Below are positions 1 to 9,351 of a DNA stretch of 64,000 bases, one piece after another (positions within the stretch are counted from its first letter, which is position 1; every line of letters starts with the position of its first letter). Origin of the DNA: SAR324 cluster bacterium REDSEA-S27_B3 (lineage in GTDB: Bacteria; SAR324; NAC60-12); NCBI GenBank assembly GCA_001627865.1, contig LUQO01000013.1, forward strand, positions 44,714-108,713, written 5' to 3'. Under the pieces are notes generated by a model. That model ran no database searches and had not been told where the DNA came from. It saw only the letters and a program-made list of their open reading frames with translations. The translations under genes and the position numbers were made by a program.

Positions 1-2721
1 AATGGCGGTGAATTCATTTCCTGACAAAATATTTTCAACCAGCTTGGTCAGCACATTTTTTGGTCCAAATTCTATAAAGATTCTACCACCATCCTTGTGA
101 ATATTTTCAATTTCTTCACGGAAACGCACTGAATTGAGAATGTGTGTTTCCAGCTGTTTTTGAATTGCTTTTGCGGTGGAAGGATATGCTTTTGCACTGG
201 AGTTGGAATATACGGGAATTTTTGCTTTGTTGAATTTAACCTCACGGATGGCTTTAGCAAACGGTTTTTGCGCATGACCCACCAGTGGAGTATGAAACGC
301 GGCTGATACAGGCAGTTTTACAACAGTGTATTTTTTTTCTTTCAGCGCGTCATGTGCTTTCAGAATTGCTTCGGTTGGTCCGGCAAGTACGACCTGTTTT
401 TTTGAGTTCAGATTTGCCATCACTACTTCTGGAAAATCTGCAATATCTACTTCCAGCTTTTCCACTTTGCCCATCACAGCCAGCATGCTTCCGGCATCAA
501 AATTCGGATCATCCGGAGCAGCCATTGCCTGTCCCCTTGCATAGGCAAGTTTGTAATAGTCATCTTCGGCAATTACTCCCGCTGCCAAAAGCGCAGTCAA
601 TTCACCAAAACTGTGACCGGCCGCAAAATCAACTTCAAGTCCTGTATCAGTGAGTACGCGGAACAAGCCGGCGCTGATTGCTCCAATCGCGGGCTGTGCG
701 TTTTCGGTGAATTGGAGTTGTGATTCCTGTTCTTCAAGCTCTCCATCATTAAAAACTGAAATCGGAAAAACTAAATCAGAAAGAGGTTTAGGTGCTGCTC
801 CTGATTTTTTGTTTGATTCAGTGAAAAGTTCATCAAGTGCAGTAAAGGGTTGTGCCATGGAAGGGAAGTTGAACAATAATTCCCTTCCCATGTTCATATA
901 CTGTGAACCCTGTCCGGAAAAGAGTGCTACAATTTTTCCTTTTGTCTCCATCGCCTTTTCCCGGTAAACAATGCCTTTTACATTCCACTCTGTCTGGTCT
1001 GCTTTGCTTTCAAGGGTAGAGATGGCCTGTCCCAGCATTTCCACTGTGTTCTCCAGGGATTCGGTCACGAATCCCAGCCGGGCGTGTTTTTTGGGAATTG
1101 ATTTTTCTCCTGAGCTTTTTATCAGCTGACGATGTCTTTTTTCAGCGCCTTCTGTCTCCAGTTCTGCCAGCAGATCCTGGCAAGCTTTATCCAGCTCTTT
1201 TGGTGTCGGCGCTGAAACAAAAACGGTATGGGGCGTTTTGTGCAGTCTGTATTGTGACGAATGTGCGGCTTGAAATTCTTCAAGTACATAATGAAAATTT
1301 GTACCGCCAAAACCAAATGAACTTACGCCGGCACGTCTTGGCTCTCCATTTGTAATCCATGGACGCGGTTCAGTGTTAAGGTAGAAGGGAGTTTTTTCGA
1401 TTCCCAGCTTATCGCTCGGACAGTCGATATTAATTGAAGGAGGGAGTATCTTGTGGTGAAGTGCAAGTGCGGCTTTGATCAGTCCGGCGATTCCAGCGGC
1501 TGCTTTTGTGTGACCAATCTGGGATTTGATGCTGCCCAAGGCAATATGCTGGAAATTCGGATAACCTGATTTTGCGGCTTTATTTTCGGTGAAAACTTCT
1601 TTCAATCCTTCAAATTCAGCCAAATCTCCCGCGTCAGTTCCGGTACCGTGCGCCTCCAGCAGACCTATGCTGAGAGGTTCTGTGTTCGCATCCTGGTATG
1701 CCTTACGCAGGGCCTTTGCCTGTCCTCCGGAACGCGGGGCATAGATGCTTTTGAATTTTCCGTCGCTTGATGCTCCAATACCTTTTATTTGTGCATAAAT
1801 GCGATCACCGTCACGTTCAGCGTCTTCCAGCCGTTTTAGTACAACCATACCCAGCCCTTCACCAATCATTACTCCACCGGAATCCTGATCAAATGGTCTT
1901 GGATTTTCGCCGCTGGTGAAAGCCGGTGTTTTGCTGAAACACATATACATCATCGGAGAATTATCTGCGTCAACACCTCCGGTAATCATCATGTCTGCAC
2001 GGTATTCCAGCAAATCGCTGATTGCCATTTTCATTGCGCTCAATGAGCTGGCACAGGCCGCGTCAACAGTGCAGTTTGTTCCCCCAAGGTTCAGGCGGTT
2101 GGCGATGCGTCCCGCGATCACGTTCCCCAGCATTCCCGGAAAAGAATTTTCTTCCCAGGGTATATAGGCTTTTTTAATCTTTTCTACAATTTGCTTTGTG
2201 TCGCTTTCCGAAAGTCCACAGCGCAGCAATACTTTTTCCCATACCGGATACTGAAGTCTGGAAGTAAGTGATCCCAGCAGTTTCATTCCCGCGGTTACGC
2301 CAAGAATAACACCTGTTCCATCAAGCACTTCATTTTCTGCCTCACCATAGCCTGCGTCTTCCATTGCGGATTTTGCCACCAGCAGTCCCAGCAGTTGTGT
2401 GACTTCTGTCACCTCAAGGATATTGGGCGGAATGCCGAATTCCATCGGATTAAAATCAATATCCGGTATAAATCCGCCTCTTTTGCAATATGTTTTGTCC
2501 GGAGCGTCTGCATCAAGATCGTAGTAATCTTCGATATTCCAGCGGGACTCAGGCACATCGATGATGCTGTCAATTTTGTTGATGATATTATCCCAGTATT
2601 GATGCAGATTTGGTGCATCCGGAAACAATGCGGACATGCCCACAACCGCAATCGGACGGTTGGCCATTCTTGCGTTCAACATGTGTTGTGATTCTGTCAG
2701 TCGGGAAGATTTGGCGGTCAT
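1..2721 (-). CDS. Type I polyketide/PUFA-synthase-like protein, N-terminal KS-AT didomain (5' part only; gene continues beyond window start)
   Basis: Minus-strand translation from ATG at 2721 gives MTAKSS...PIAVVGMSALFPDAP (PfaA/PKS-like N-terminus), KS active-site motif TVDAACASSL (rc of ~2045-2075), and acyltransferase GHSFGE motif further downstream. No stop before position 1, hence absent from the ORF track. Plus-strand ORFs 285-2691 are antisense artefacts. Confidence 0.8.
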   Translation of the reverse strand, partial: MTAKSSRLTESQHMLNARMANRPIAVVGMSALFPDAPNLHQYWDNIINKIDSIIDVPESRWNIEDYYDLDADAPDKTYCKRGGFIPDIDFNPMEFGIPPNILEVTEVTQLLGLLVAKSAMEDAGYGEAENEVLDGTGVILGVTAGMKLLGSLTSRLQYPVWEKVLLRCGLSESDTKQIVEKIKKAYIPWEENSFPGMLGNVIAGRIANRLNLGGTNCTVDAACASSLSAMKMAISDLLEYRADMMITGGVDADNSPMMYMCFSKTPAFTSGENPRPFDQDSGGVMIGEGLGMVVLKRLEDAERDGDRIYAQIKGIGASSDGKFKSIYAPRSGGQAKALRKAYQDANTEPLSIGLLEAHGTGTDAGDLAEFEGLKEVFTENKAAKSGYPNFQHIALGSIKSQIGHTKAAAGIAGLIKAALALHHKILPPSINIDCPSDKLGIEKTPFYLNTEPRPWITNGEPRRAGVSSFGFGGTNFHYVLEEFQAAHSSQYRLHKTPHTVFVSAPTPKELDKACQDLLAELETEGAEKRHRQLIKSSGEKSIPKKHARLGFVTESLENTVEMLGQAISTLESKADQTEWNVKGIVYREKAMETKGKIVALFSGQGSQYMNMGRELLFNFPSMAQPFTALDELFTESNKKSGAAPKPLSDLVFPISVFNDGELEEQESQLQFTENAQPAIGAISAGLFRVLTDTGLEVDFAAGHSFGELTALLAAGVIAEDDYYKLAYARGQAMAAPDDPNFDAGSMLAVMGKVEKLEVDIADFPEVVMANLNSKKQVVLAGPTEAILKAHDALKEKKYTVVKLPVSAAFHTPLVGHAQKPFAKAIREVKFNKAKIPVYSNSSAKAYPSTAKAIQKQLETHILNSVRFREEIENIHKDGGRIFIEFGPKNVLTKLVENILSGNEFTAI

Positions 2722-3018
2722 GCGTTTTCAGCGCCGAAGTCTTTTATTTTAGTTTTAAGTTGTGGGGCAGCAAAAAATTAATTGACTTCAAAATGTGCAG
2801 CCTTAGAGTGATATCAGACTCAGGTGCTTTACACCTTCAAACTTTATGCCTTTAGATACTTTAATAAAGCAAATTAACATTATATTATAGCGCATGAGGA
2901 GGGAATTTTGCAAGCTCTCCGTGAAAACAAGGTCTGAACAAAACTGAAGATATAAAATAATCTTGTAACTGAATTCAAAAAGATTTATTTTTTAATATCC
3001 CTCAGAAGCTGTTTGTGT

Positions 3019-3094
3019 TCCCCAATAGCTCAGTTGGTAGAGCAGATGACTGTTAATCATCGGGTCGCTGGTTCGAGTCCGGCTTGGGGAGCCA
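3019..3094 (+). tRNA. tRNA-Asn (anticodon GTT)
   Basis: 76-nt cloverleaf: acceptor TCCCCAA/TTGGGGA, D-arm GCTC-AGTTGGTA-GAGC, anticodon stem GATGA/TCATC with loop CTGTTAA (GTT), T-arm GCTGG-TTCGAGT-CCGGC, 3' GCCA. Confidence 0.85.
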
Positions 3095-3472
3095 GCAATT
3101 GCAAGCAATTGGTGGAAAGGCCTTTTAAATTTTCCCTTCCATGTGCCAATCCAGTGCCAGTTGGATTTAAGTTTTTATATCCACAATAAGCCTTACGCAA
3201 GTATAAGCCTTATACATTTAAGGCCTTATCGCCAATGTCCCTTCAGGGATCGCATTGCACAAAAGATCATTAATTCCATGATGAAAGGCAGCATACAAAA
3301 GAGCATGATGGCAATTTTACTTGGTGAAATAAATAATTGACTTCATAATAATAATATAGCGGAAAAGGTACCTGTAGAATGAGGCTGGTTGCTGAACATC
3401 AATTAGAAAATAAAAAAATATTGATCCAGTATTTCCTTGGTATGACAATAATTATTCCTAAAAAAGAAATAT

Positions 3473-3985
3473 ATGACACTTTGGACAAATGATATTTTTC
3501 AAGTTTTGGTTAACCACCATGTCCGTCAAGTGGCTTATGTCCCAGATGCTGGGCATTCCCATCTCATTAATCGATGCGGTCAGTACGGTGAAATGGTATC
3601 AGTGCCTTTGACGACTGAAGAAGAGGGGATTGCCTTATTGGCAGGAGCCTGGCTTGGGGGAGATCGAGGTGTGCTTCTGATGCAAAGCAGTGGAGTGGGA
3701 AATTGCCTCAACATGTTTTCCTTAACGCGAACCTGCAGCATGCCTTTACTGATGTTAGTGACCATGCGTGGAGAATGTGGAGAGTTCAATCCTTGGCAGG
3801 TTCCTATGGGACAAAATACAGAAAAATTATTGAAAGCTGCTGATATTGTAACCTTTTATGTTGATAAAAGCAATCGATTGGGAGAGTCGACAGAGGCAGC
3901 AGCACGTATGGTCTTCGAAGGTCCTGCTGCCGCTGCTGTTTTGATATCACAGCGTATTCTTGGCAAAAAAACATTTATGGAATAA
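3473..3985 (+). CDS. TPP-dependent sulfopyruvate/phosphonopyruvate decarboxylase, alpha (N-terminal pyrimidine-binding) subunit-like
   Basis: 170-aa ORF with ComD/Ppd-like N-terminal half; stop TAA at 3983-3985 immediately followed by the partner gene. Confidence 0.55.
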   Translation: MTLWTNDIFQVLVNHHVRQVAYVPDAGHSHLINRCGQYGEMVSVPLTTEEEGIALLAGAWLGGDRGVLLMQSSGVGNCLNMFSLTRTCSMPLLMLVTMRGECGEFNPWQVPMGQNTEKLLKAADIVTFYVDKSNRLGESTEAAARMVFEGPAAAAVLISQRILGKKTFME

Positions 3986-3986
3986 A

Positions 3987-4595
3987 ATGGATCTGGATCG
4001 CAGTAATTATTATTCACTTCGTCGTCGTGAAGTTGTCAAAATACTACTCGATCAGCGTGACTCAGGCATGCTGATTGTTGCTGGATTGGGTGCACCTACA
4101 TGGGATGTAACAGCGGCAGGTGATGAGCCACTAAATTTTCCTTTGTGGGGAGCTATGGGAGGTGCAGTTTCGATTGGATTAGGCCTTGCGATAGCCCAAC
4201 CCACCAGGAGGATTTTAGTCATTACTGGTGATGGAGAGATGCTAATGGGGCTTGGGTCGCTTGCAACAGTCTCTATTCAAAGTCCATCCAACTTGGCAAT
4301 TTTGGTACTTGACAATGAACGTTATGGAGAAACCGGCATGCAGGCTACACACACAGCAGGCAATGTAGATTTAGCTGCTGTTGCTCGAGCAACAGGTTTT
4401 TCTGAGAGCCACAACATTGCTGACAAAAAAACATTCAGATCATTGTTACCACAAATCCAAAACGGTGAGGGGCCTTTATTTTTCAATGTAAAAGTCCGTG
4501 CAGAAAATCTCCCCCTCGTACTTCCACCAAAAGACGGAGCTTTTCTCAAAGATCGTTTCCGTGTCGCCTTATTTGGGTCGGATGCAGTCCGTTAA
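3987..4595 (+). CDS. TPP-dependent sulfopyruvate/phosphonopyruvate decarboxylase, beta (TPP-binding) subunit-like
   Basis: TPP-binding motif GDGEMLMG...LDNERYGETG. Start ATG at 3987 chosen directly after the alpha-subunit stop; longer ORF from 3960 overlaps. Confidence 0.55.
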   Translation: MDLDRSNYYSLRRREVVKILLDQRDSGMLIVAGLGAPTWDVTAAGDEPLNFPLWGAMGGAVSIGLGLAIAQPTRRILVITGDGEMLMGLGSLATVSIQSPSNLAILVLDNERYGETGMQATHTAGNVDLAAVARATGFSESHNIADKKTFRSLLPQIQNGEGPLFFNVKVRAENLPLVLPPKDGAFLKDRFRVALFGSDAVR

Positions 4596-4908
4596 TCAAT
4601 ATTTCAAAATTTTAAAGTTCCTCTTCCTGGAGATGTGTATGTTGACGTACTACTGGAGGAACGACTATCATTTTCTCATTTATTCAGATTTTGAAGGCAT
4701 AGGGCCCTAATTTCACTCGGCTATTTTATGCGTAATATTGCTGCTTAGAGCATGCCCCCTCAATGATTATAATCGCTGATAGTAACTCATCTCTTTCGAT
4801 ATAAGCGGTTCTGATAAAAAGCTCACCAGATGCGGGATTAAAAGTACGCCTAGCGTGTAACACACGCCTACTATCAACACCGTAAACGTCTTGTGGCAAT
4901 CATGAAAG

Positions 4909-5514
4909 ATGGCAAATTCCACTTCCAAAAAAATACAAAAGAGTAGAAACTTTCGCATGCTTACTCGCAGACATTTATTACAAAAAAGCGCGATCAGTGG
5001 GATTACTTTATTAGCATTTGAAAATTGTCTTGCATCTCAACTGATTCCTGCGGCACCAGAAGGGCTGGGTCATTCCTTTGAATTTTTAACTCCTTATGAT
5101 CGGGGTATATTATCAAAACTCACTCCAGTTATTCTTGCTGAAGCGCTACCCAAATCCACAGAGGAAAGTGGACAAGCAATCAAGGAAGTAATTGTGGGCT
5201 GGGATAATGCTGTCAGCGGATTGCCTACGTTGACTCAAAAGGAAATACGGAAGTTATTTTCAGTGCTGGATTCTAATTTTATTTTCTCTTTAACACCTCG
5301 TTTACTCACTGGGGTCCCTGAGGCTTGGAACGATCCAAGTGAAATAGAAGATTTTTTATATAGCTGGTATATCAGTGATCCGGAAAGTTTGATCACAGGA
5401 AATGAGCTTCGTATCGGATACATGGGGTTGGTCGAATTAACGATGGCAGTATGGTATGGTAACCCACGTTCCTGGGACTTTTGCGGTTATGCAGGTCCAC
5501 CTGATTTGTTGTAG
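4909..5514 (+). CDS. Small Tat-signal subunit of a two-component GMC-type dehydrogenase (gluconate 2-dehydrogenase subunit 3-like)
   Basis: N-terminal twin-arginine-like segment TRRHLLQKSAISGITLLA; directly upstream of the flavoprotein subunit. Confidence 0.45.
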   Translation: MANSTSKKIQKSRNFRMLTRRHLLQKSAISGITLLAFENCLASQLIPAAPEGLGHSFEFLTPYDRGILSKLTPVILAEALPKSTEESGQAIKEVIVGWDNAVSGLPTLTQKEIRKLFSVLDSNFIFSLTPRLLTGVPEAWNDPSEIEDFLYSWYISDPESLITGNELRIGYMGLVELTMAVWYGNPRSWDFCGYAGPPDLL

Positions 5515-5539
5515 CTCATTTTTTTGGCTGATATTGGAC

Positions 5540-7153
5540 ATGAACAATTTAAATGAAATAATACACGATTTTGTTGCAGAGGGTTTTCAGCGGGGCTGGA
5601 AACATATTGATGCGTCTCAAATTGCTGCGGATCAAACACTTGAGGCAGATGTAGTGATTGCCGGTTCTGGAGCTGGAGGTGGTAACGCTGCAGAAATACT
5701 GGCTCAAGCAGGATTGAACGTAATAATTGTGGAAGAAGGGCCTTTGCAAACTTCCCGTGATTTTCACATGAAAGAAGACGAAGCATACTCAAAACTTTAT
5801 CAGGAATCAGCCAGTCGATACACTAAGGATCGGGGCATAAAAATTTTTCAGGGGAGGATGGTCGGAGGAGGTACAGGTATCAACTGGACTACCAGCTTTC
5901 GCACACCAGCTTCCACACTCAATTTTTGGACCAAAGAAATGGGTGTTAAAGGATTTTCTGAAGATGAAATGCGCCCTTGGTTTGAATGGGTTGAGAAACG
6001 ATACAATATTCGGTCCTGGATAGTTGCTCCCAACGCAAACAACAATGCTCTTGAAAAAGGCTGTGCAAAACAGGGTATCAGTTGGGGAAAAATAAGGCGA
6101 AATGTCATGGGATGTCTTAACCTGGGATATTGCGGTACAGGATGCCCAGTCAATGCAAAACAATCCACTCTGGTCACGACTATTCCCGGTGCATTAAAAG
6201 GGGGGGCAACTCTCATCTCAAAAGCCAGAGCCGAAACTTTTGAACTAAAAAACGATAAAATTGAAGTTATGACATGCCGATCAATGACTCCACTTGGTAA
6301 TGCTCCGGCAAAACATTCCATAAATATTAAAGCCAGGCATTATGTGTTGGCCGCAGGAGGAATTGGTAGTCCTGCAATTTTGATGCGCTCTGAAAACAAA
6401 ATATTGAATCCCTATGGCTTAGTTGGGAAACGGACATTTCTGCATCCGGTCAATGTTTCAGGAGCCATCATGCCATATCCTGTCAATGGGGAATATGGAG
6501 CTCCTCAAACAAGTTATTCAAACCATTACATTGAGACGCGTCTTGACAACAAAAAGTCTGGTTTTAGCCTCGAATGCCCGCCTTTGCAGCCAATGTTAGT
6601 TGCGACTAATTTGGAAGGACATGGAAAAGTACATGCTGAAATCATGAGGCAACGGCCTTTTCTGCAAGTATTGATTGCCCTTCAGCGTGACGGATTCCAT
6701 CCAGAGAGCATTGGAGGAAGTGTTTACCTGAAAACCGACGGCACTCCTGGTTTGGATTATAAAGTTTCCGGCTACGTTTGGAAAGGGATTAGAGATGCTT
6801 TTCTGGTAATGGCAGAAATTCAATTTGCAGCGGGAGCCAAAGCTGTTTCTCCTGTTCACAGGGACGCCACACTTTACTACAGCCTCAATAAAGTTAAAAA
6901 GGCGATTGAAACTTTACCTATGGAAATTTTGAAAGCCAGATTGTTTTCAGCACATGTAATGGGCGGTTGTTCTATGGGAGAAGACACCACCAAATCTGTG
7001 GTTAATTCAAAAGGGCGTCATCATGAAGTGGAGAATCTCTCAGTTTTTGATGGTTCTGTGTTTCCAACATCGATTGCCGCTAATCCGATGGAATCGATTT
7101 TTGCAACAACTGCCAAATTTGCAACAGAACTTGCAAAAAACTTGGTTAGTTAG
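5540..7153 (+). CDS. GMC-family FAD-dependent oxidoreductase, flavoprotein subunit
   Basis: Rossmann FAD motif VVIAGSGAGGGNAAEILAQAG; GMC C-terminal region. Start moved to ATG 5540 (MNNLNEIIHDF) to avoid overlap with the upstream subunit. Confidence 0.75.
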   Translation: MNNLNEIIHDFVAEGFQRGWKHIDASQIAADQTLEADVVIAGSGAGGGNAAEILAQAGLNVIIVEEGPLQTSRDFHMKEDEAYSKLYQESASRYTKDRGIKIFQGRMVGGGTGINWTTSFRTPASTLNFWTKEMGVKGFSEDEMRPWFEWVEKRYNIRSWIVAPNANNNALEKGCAKQGISWGKIRRNVMGCLNLGYCGTGCPVNAKQSTLVTTIPGALKGGATLISKARAETFELKNDKIEVMTCRSMTPLGNAPAKHSINIKARHYVLAAGGIGSPAILMRSENKILNPYGLVGKRTFLHPVNVSGAIMPYPVNGEYGAPQTSYSNHYIETRLDNKKSGFSLECPPLQPMLVATNLEGHGKVHAEIMRQRPFLQVLIALQRDGFHPESIGGSVYLKTDGTPGLDYKVSGYVWKGIRDAFLVMAEIQFAAGAKAVSPVHRDATLYYSLNKVKKAIETLPMEILKARLFSAHVMGGCSMGEDTTKSVVNSKGRHHEVENLSVFDGSVFPTSIAANPMESIFATTAKFATELAKNLVS

Positions 7154-7281
7154 ATTCACTTTGGAATCAAATCAAATATAAAAAAACAAGTCACAAGAAA
7201 CGCACTTTTGAATTATTCACAAAACTATAATCAGCAAATTAAATTGTTCTTTGCCTGATTATTGTCGTTTCCCCATTCCAA

Positions 7282-7542
7282 TTAAATATCAGGACATCCT
7301 TCAAGTTTCACAATGGTATGGCCGACTGCTTGAATCTGTTTTTCCACCTCAGGTTTTGCTGTCTCAGTATGACAATATTCACAGCTGTCCATTGAATCTG
7401 AAGATTCTCCGATTTTTTCCAGAAAGTCCCTGGCATAACGAGAAGCATCTTCCTTGTCTCCTCCTGTGGGGAGCAGTACATCAAAATGGATTTCTTCTCC
7501 TTTTTTTGAGCTGGCATAAGTATCAAATACATCTATTTTCAT
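7282..7542 (-). CDS. Small conserved hypothetical protein with Cys-rich metal-binding-like motifs
   Basis: 86-aa ORF starting MKIDVFDTYASSKKGEEIHFDVLLPTGG..., preceded by AGGAGA RBS (rc of 7549-7554). The longer 221-aa track ORF would overlap the plus-strand membrane gene, so it is trimmed. Confidence 0.4.
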   Translation of the reverse strand: MKIDVFDTYASSKKGEEIHFDVLLPTGGDKEDASRYARDFLEKIGESSDSMDSCEYCHTETAKPEVEKQIQAVGHTIVKLEGCPDI

Positions 7543-7665
7543 AGCGACTCTCCTGATATATTGGTAAGAAATTAATTTTTCTAATGTAGCGCATCCGGAC
7601 TGTTCAGTTTCAGGCAGCATTCGATGTGCGGTTTGTATTGAGGAATATAGCATAGTGTCGAATAA

Positions 7666-8466
7666 ATGTTCAAAATTAATCATTTGCTGACACAATTCAG
7701 AGAAGGCATTATTAACCCTAATATATTTTTGTTGCTTATTTCCACAGGCATTACAGTATTGGTTTTGGTGCTGATGACGCCTGCCGCGCAGAATCCTGTA
7801 TATCACAACTTTGCTGACCAGAAGATGTATTTTGGTGTGCAGCACTTTTGGAATGTAATGACTAATATTCCATTTCTTGTGCTTGGCATGGCTGGTTTGA
7901 TCAAAATCCACAAAAGGGATCTTCCCGGAAAGCTCCACGGACTGCACGCGGCATACATCACATTCTACTCCGGGCTGATTCTGATCGCGTTCGGATCAGG
8001 TTACTATCATCTGAATCCATCCAGTTCCACCCTTGTATGGGACAGAATGGCCATTACGGTTTCTTTCATGTCGTTTTTTGTACTGGTTGTGGGAGAATCA
8101 ATTTCAACAAAAACTTCCGCTAAACTTTTGCTCCCTCTGCTGCTGCTTGGATCAGCATCAGTTGTCTATTGGCACATTACTGAAAAGCTTGGTGCAGGCG
8201 ATCTGAGACTTTACGGATTAGTTCAGTTTTTGCCGATGCTGTTGATACCTTTGATGCTGATCTTTTATGGGTCAAGCCTTTCCGGGAAAATATGGATTTT
8301 TTCGATACTTTTGGTTTATGCTGCAGCCAAGATCACGGAAATTTACGATCACCAGATCTATGAATGGATTGGTTTCAGCGGACATTCATTAAAGCATCTT
8401 ATTGCTGCGTGTGGAGCATTCATCTTTCATAAATCACTTGATATACGGCAACCACACAGACATTAA
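7666..8466 (+). CDS. Polytopic membrane protein, ceramidase-like (alkaline ceramidase/PAQR-like fold suspected)
   Basis: About 7 hydrophobic segments; YHLNPSSSTLVWDRMAIT His/Asp motif reminiscent of the ceramidase family. True start may be downstream (e.g. the MTPAAQNP Met near 7774). Confidence 0.4.
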   Translation: MFKINHLLTQFREGIINPNIFLLLISTGITVLVLVLMTPAAQNPVYHNFADQKMYFGVQHFWNVMTNIPFLVLGMAGLIKIHKRDLPGKLHGLHAAYITFYSGLILIAFGSGYYHLNPSSSTLVWDRMAITVSFMSFFVLVVGESISTKTSAKLLLPLLLLGSASVVYWHITEKLGAGDLRLYGLVQFLPMLLIPLMLIFYGSSLSGKIWIFSILLVYAAAKITEIYDHQIYEWIGFSGHSLKHLIAACGAFIFHKSLDIRQPHRH

Positions 8467-8848
8467 TTTAAAGATGTTCATAATAGAATTTTACTAACAA
8501 AAGGGGACTATTTATGGCTATTCAAAGATTAGATCATGTCAACATCTGTACCTCGAGGTGCATGATCCAAATGGTGTTAAGCTCGAGCTGAATTTTAAGT
8601 TTTGACAGGTATTTCAAACCAAATCAGTATAGGTCATATTCAAATATTTATTGATACAGCGCAAAGGAACTGATAAATTTACCACTTTATAATATTGGGA
8701 AATTTATCCTAGACATAATGCAGGATTCTTTTAAGCCAGTTATTAGAAGTAATTATTCAGGCCACTTTTCAGGCCGATTTAGAGTAAACAGGAAATGAAC
8801 GTCTGTTAATCGCATGCGGTCAGAAAAGATGAAGCTGTAAACAGTATG

Positions 8849-8891
8849 AATGACCATCACGTTTGTCATTCCCGCTTTCGCGAGAATGACA
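8849..8891. repeat. Intergenic palindromic element GAATGAC...GTCATTC-CCGCTTTCGCG-AGAATGACA
   Basis: Overlapping inverted repeats seen directly in sequence upstream of lbpA1. Related GTCATTCC-/-GGAATGAC motifs recur at 44.58-44.71 kb and 59.17 kb. Confidence 0.35.
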
Positions 8892-8919
8892 ACTAATTAC
8901 AAAATCACCAAATAAAAAC

Positions 8920-9351
8920 ATGGCATACAATTTCCCGGAACATCTGTATTTTGAAAAGAAGCATCACGTGTGGTGCCTTCCGGAAACAAACCCTCTGATC
9001 CGGATCGGTATTGATCCGCTGGGGCTCTCTTCCCTCGGAGAACTAGCCTACCTTTCGCTGAATCCGCAGGGAAGCGAAGTACGCAAGGGACAGCCGTTGG
9101 GTATGCTGGAAGCTTCAAAAATGACCGGCGAGTTGATTGCGCCTGTAAGCGGAAAAATTGTTGATCGAAATCAGGCGGTGCTGGAAAATCCTTTAGGGGT
9201 AAATGAGGATCCTTATGGAACCGGCTGGCTGGTACTGCTTGAAAGTGAGAGCTGGAAGGAAGATTCAAAGCAGCTGATTACCGGTCAGGAGGTAGAGGAA
9301 TGGTCACAGGATGAACTCCGGAGATATCGTCAGCAGGGGTGGATTGACTGA
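8920..9351 (+). CDS. lbpA: GcvH-like lipoate-binding protein (LbpA-type, copy 1)
   Basis: Aligns with glycine-cleavage H protein; the lipoyl-lysine motif EASKMTGEL corresponds to ESVKAAS. First gene of the ligase/radical-SAM block. Confidence 0.7.
   Translation: MAYNFPEHLYFEKKHHVWCLPETNPLIRIGIDPLGLSSLGELAYLSLNPQGSEVRKGQPLGMLEASKMTGELIAPVSGKIVDRNQAVLENPLGVNEDPYGTGWLVLLESESWKEDSKQLITGQEVEEWSQDELRRYRQQGWID

Noticed and set aside
285-2691. Plus-strand ORFs (285-653, 650-967, 1098-1355, 1916-2167, 2395-2691) at the window start
   Set aside because: They lie antisense to a minus-strand PKS gene whose translation shows unmistakable KS (TVDAACASSL) and AT (GHSFGE) motifs.
3143-3340. 65-aa ORF directly after tRNA-Asn, and the possibility of an integrated island at the tRNA
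   Set aside because: AT-rich, no RBS, no similarity. No integrase/recombinase gene and no detectable direct repeat of the tRNA 3' end in the window, so an island call is unsupported.
7543-7947. N-terminal 135 aa of the 221-aa minus ORF 7282-7947
   Set aside because: It overlaps the plus-strand membrane-protein gene 7666-8466 and has low-complexity composition. A good RBS precedes the internal ATG at 7542, so only 7282-7542 is called.
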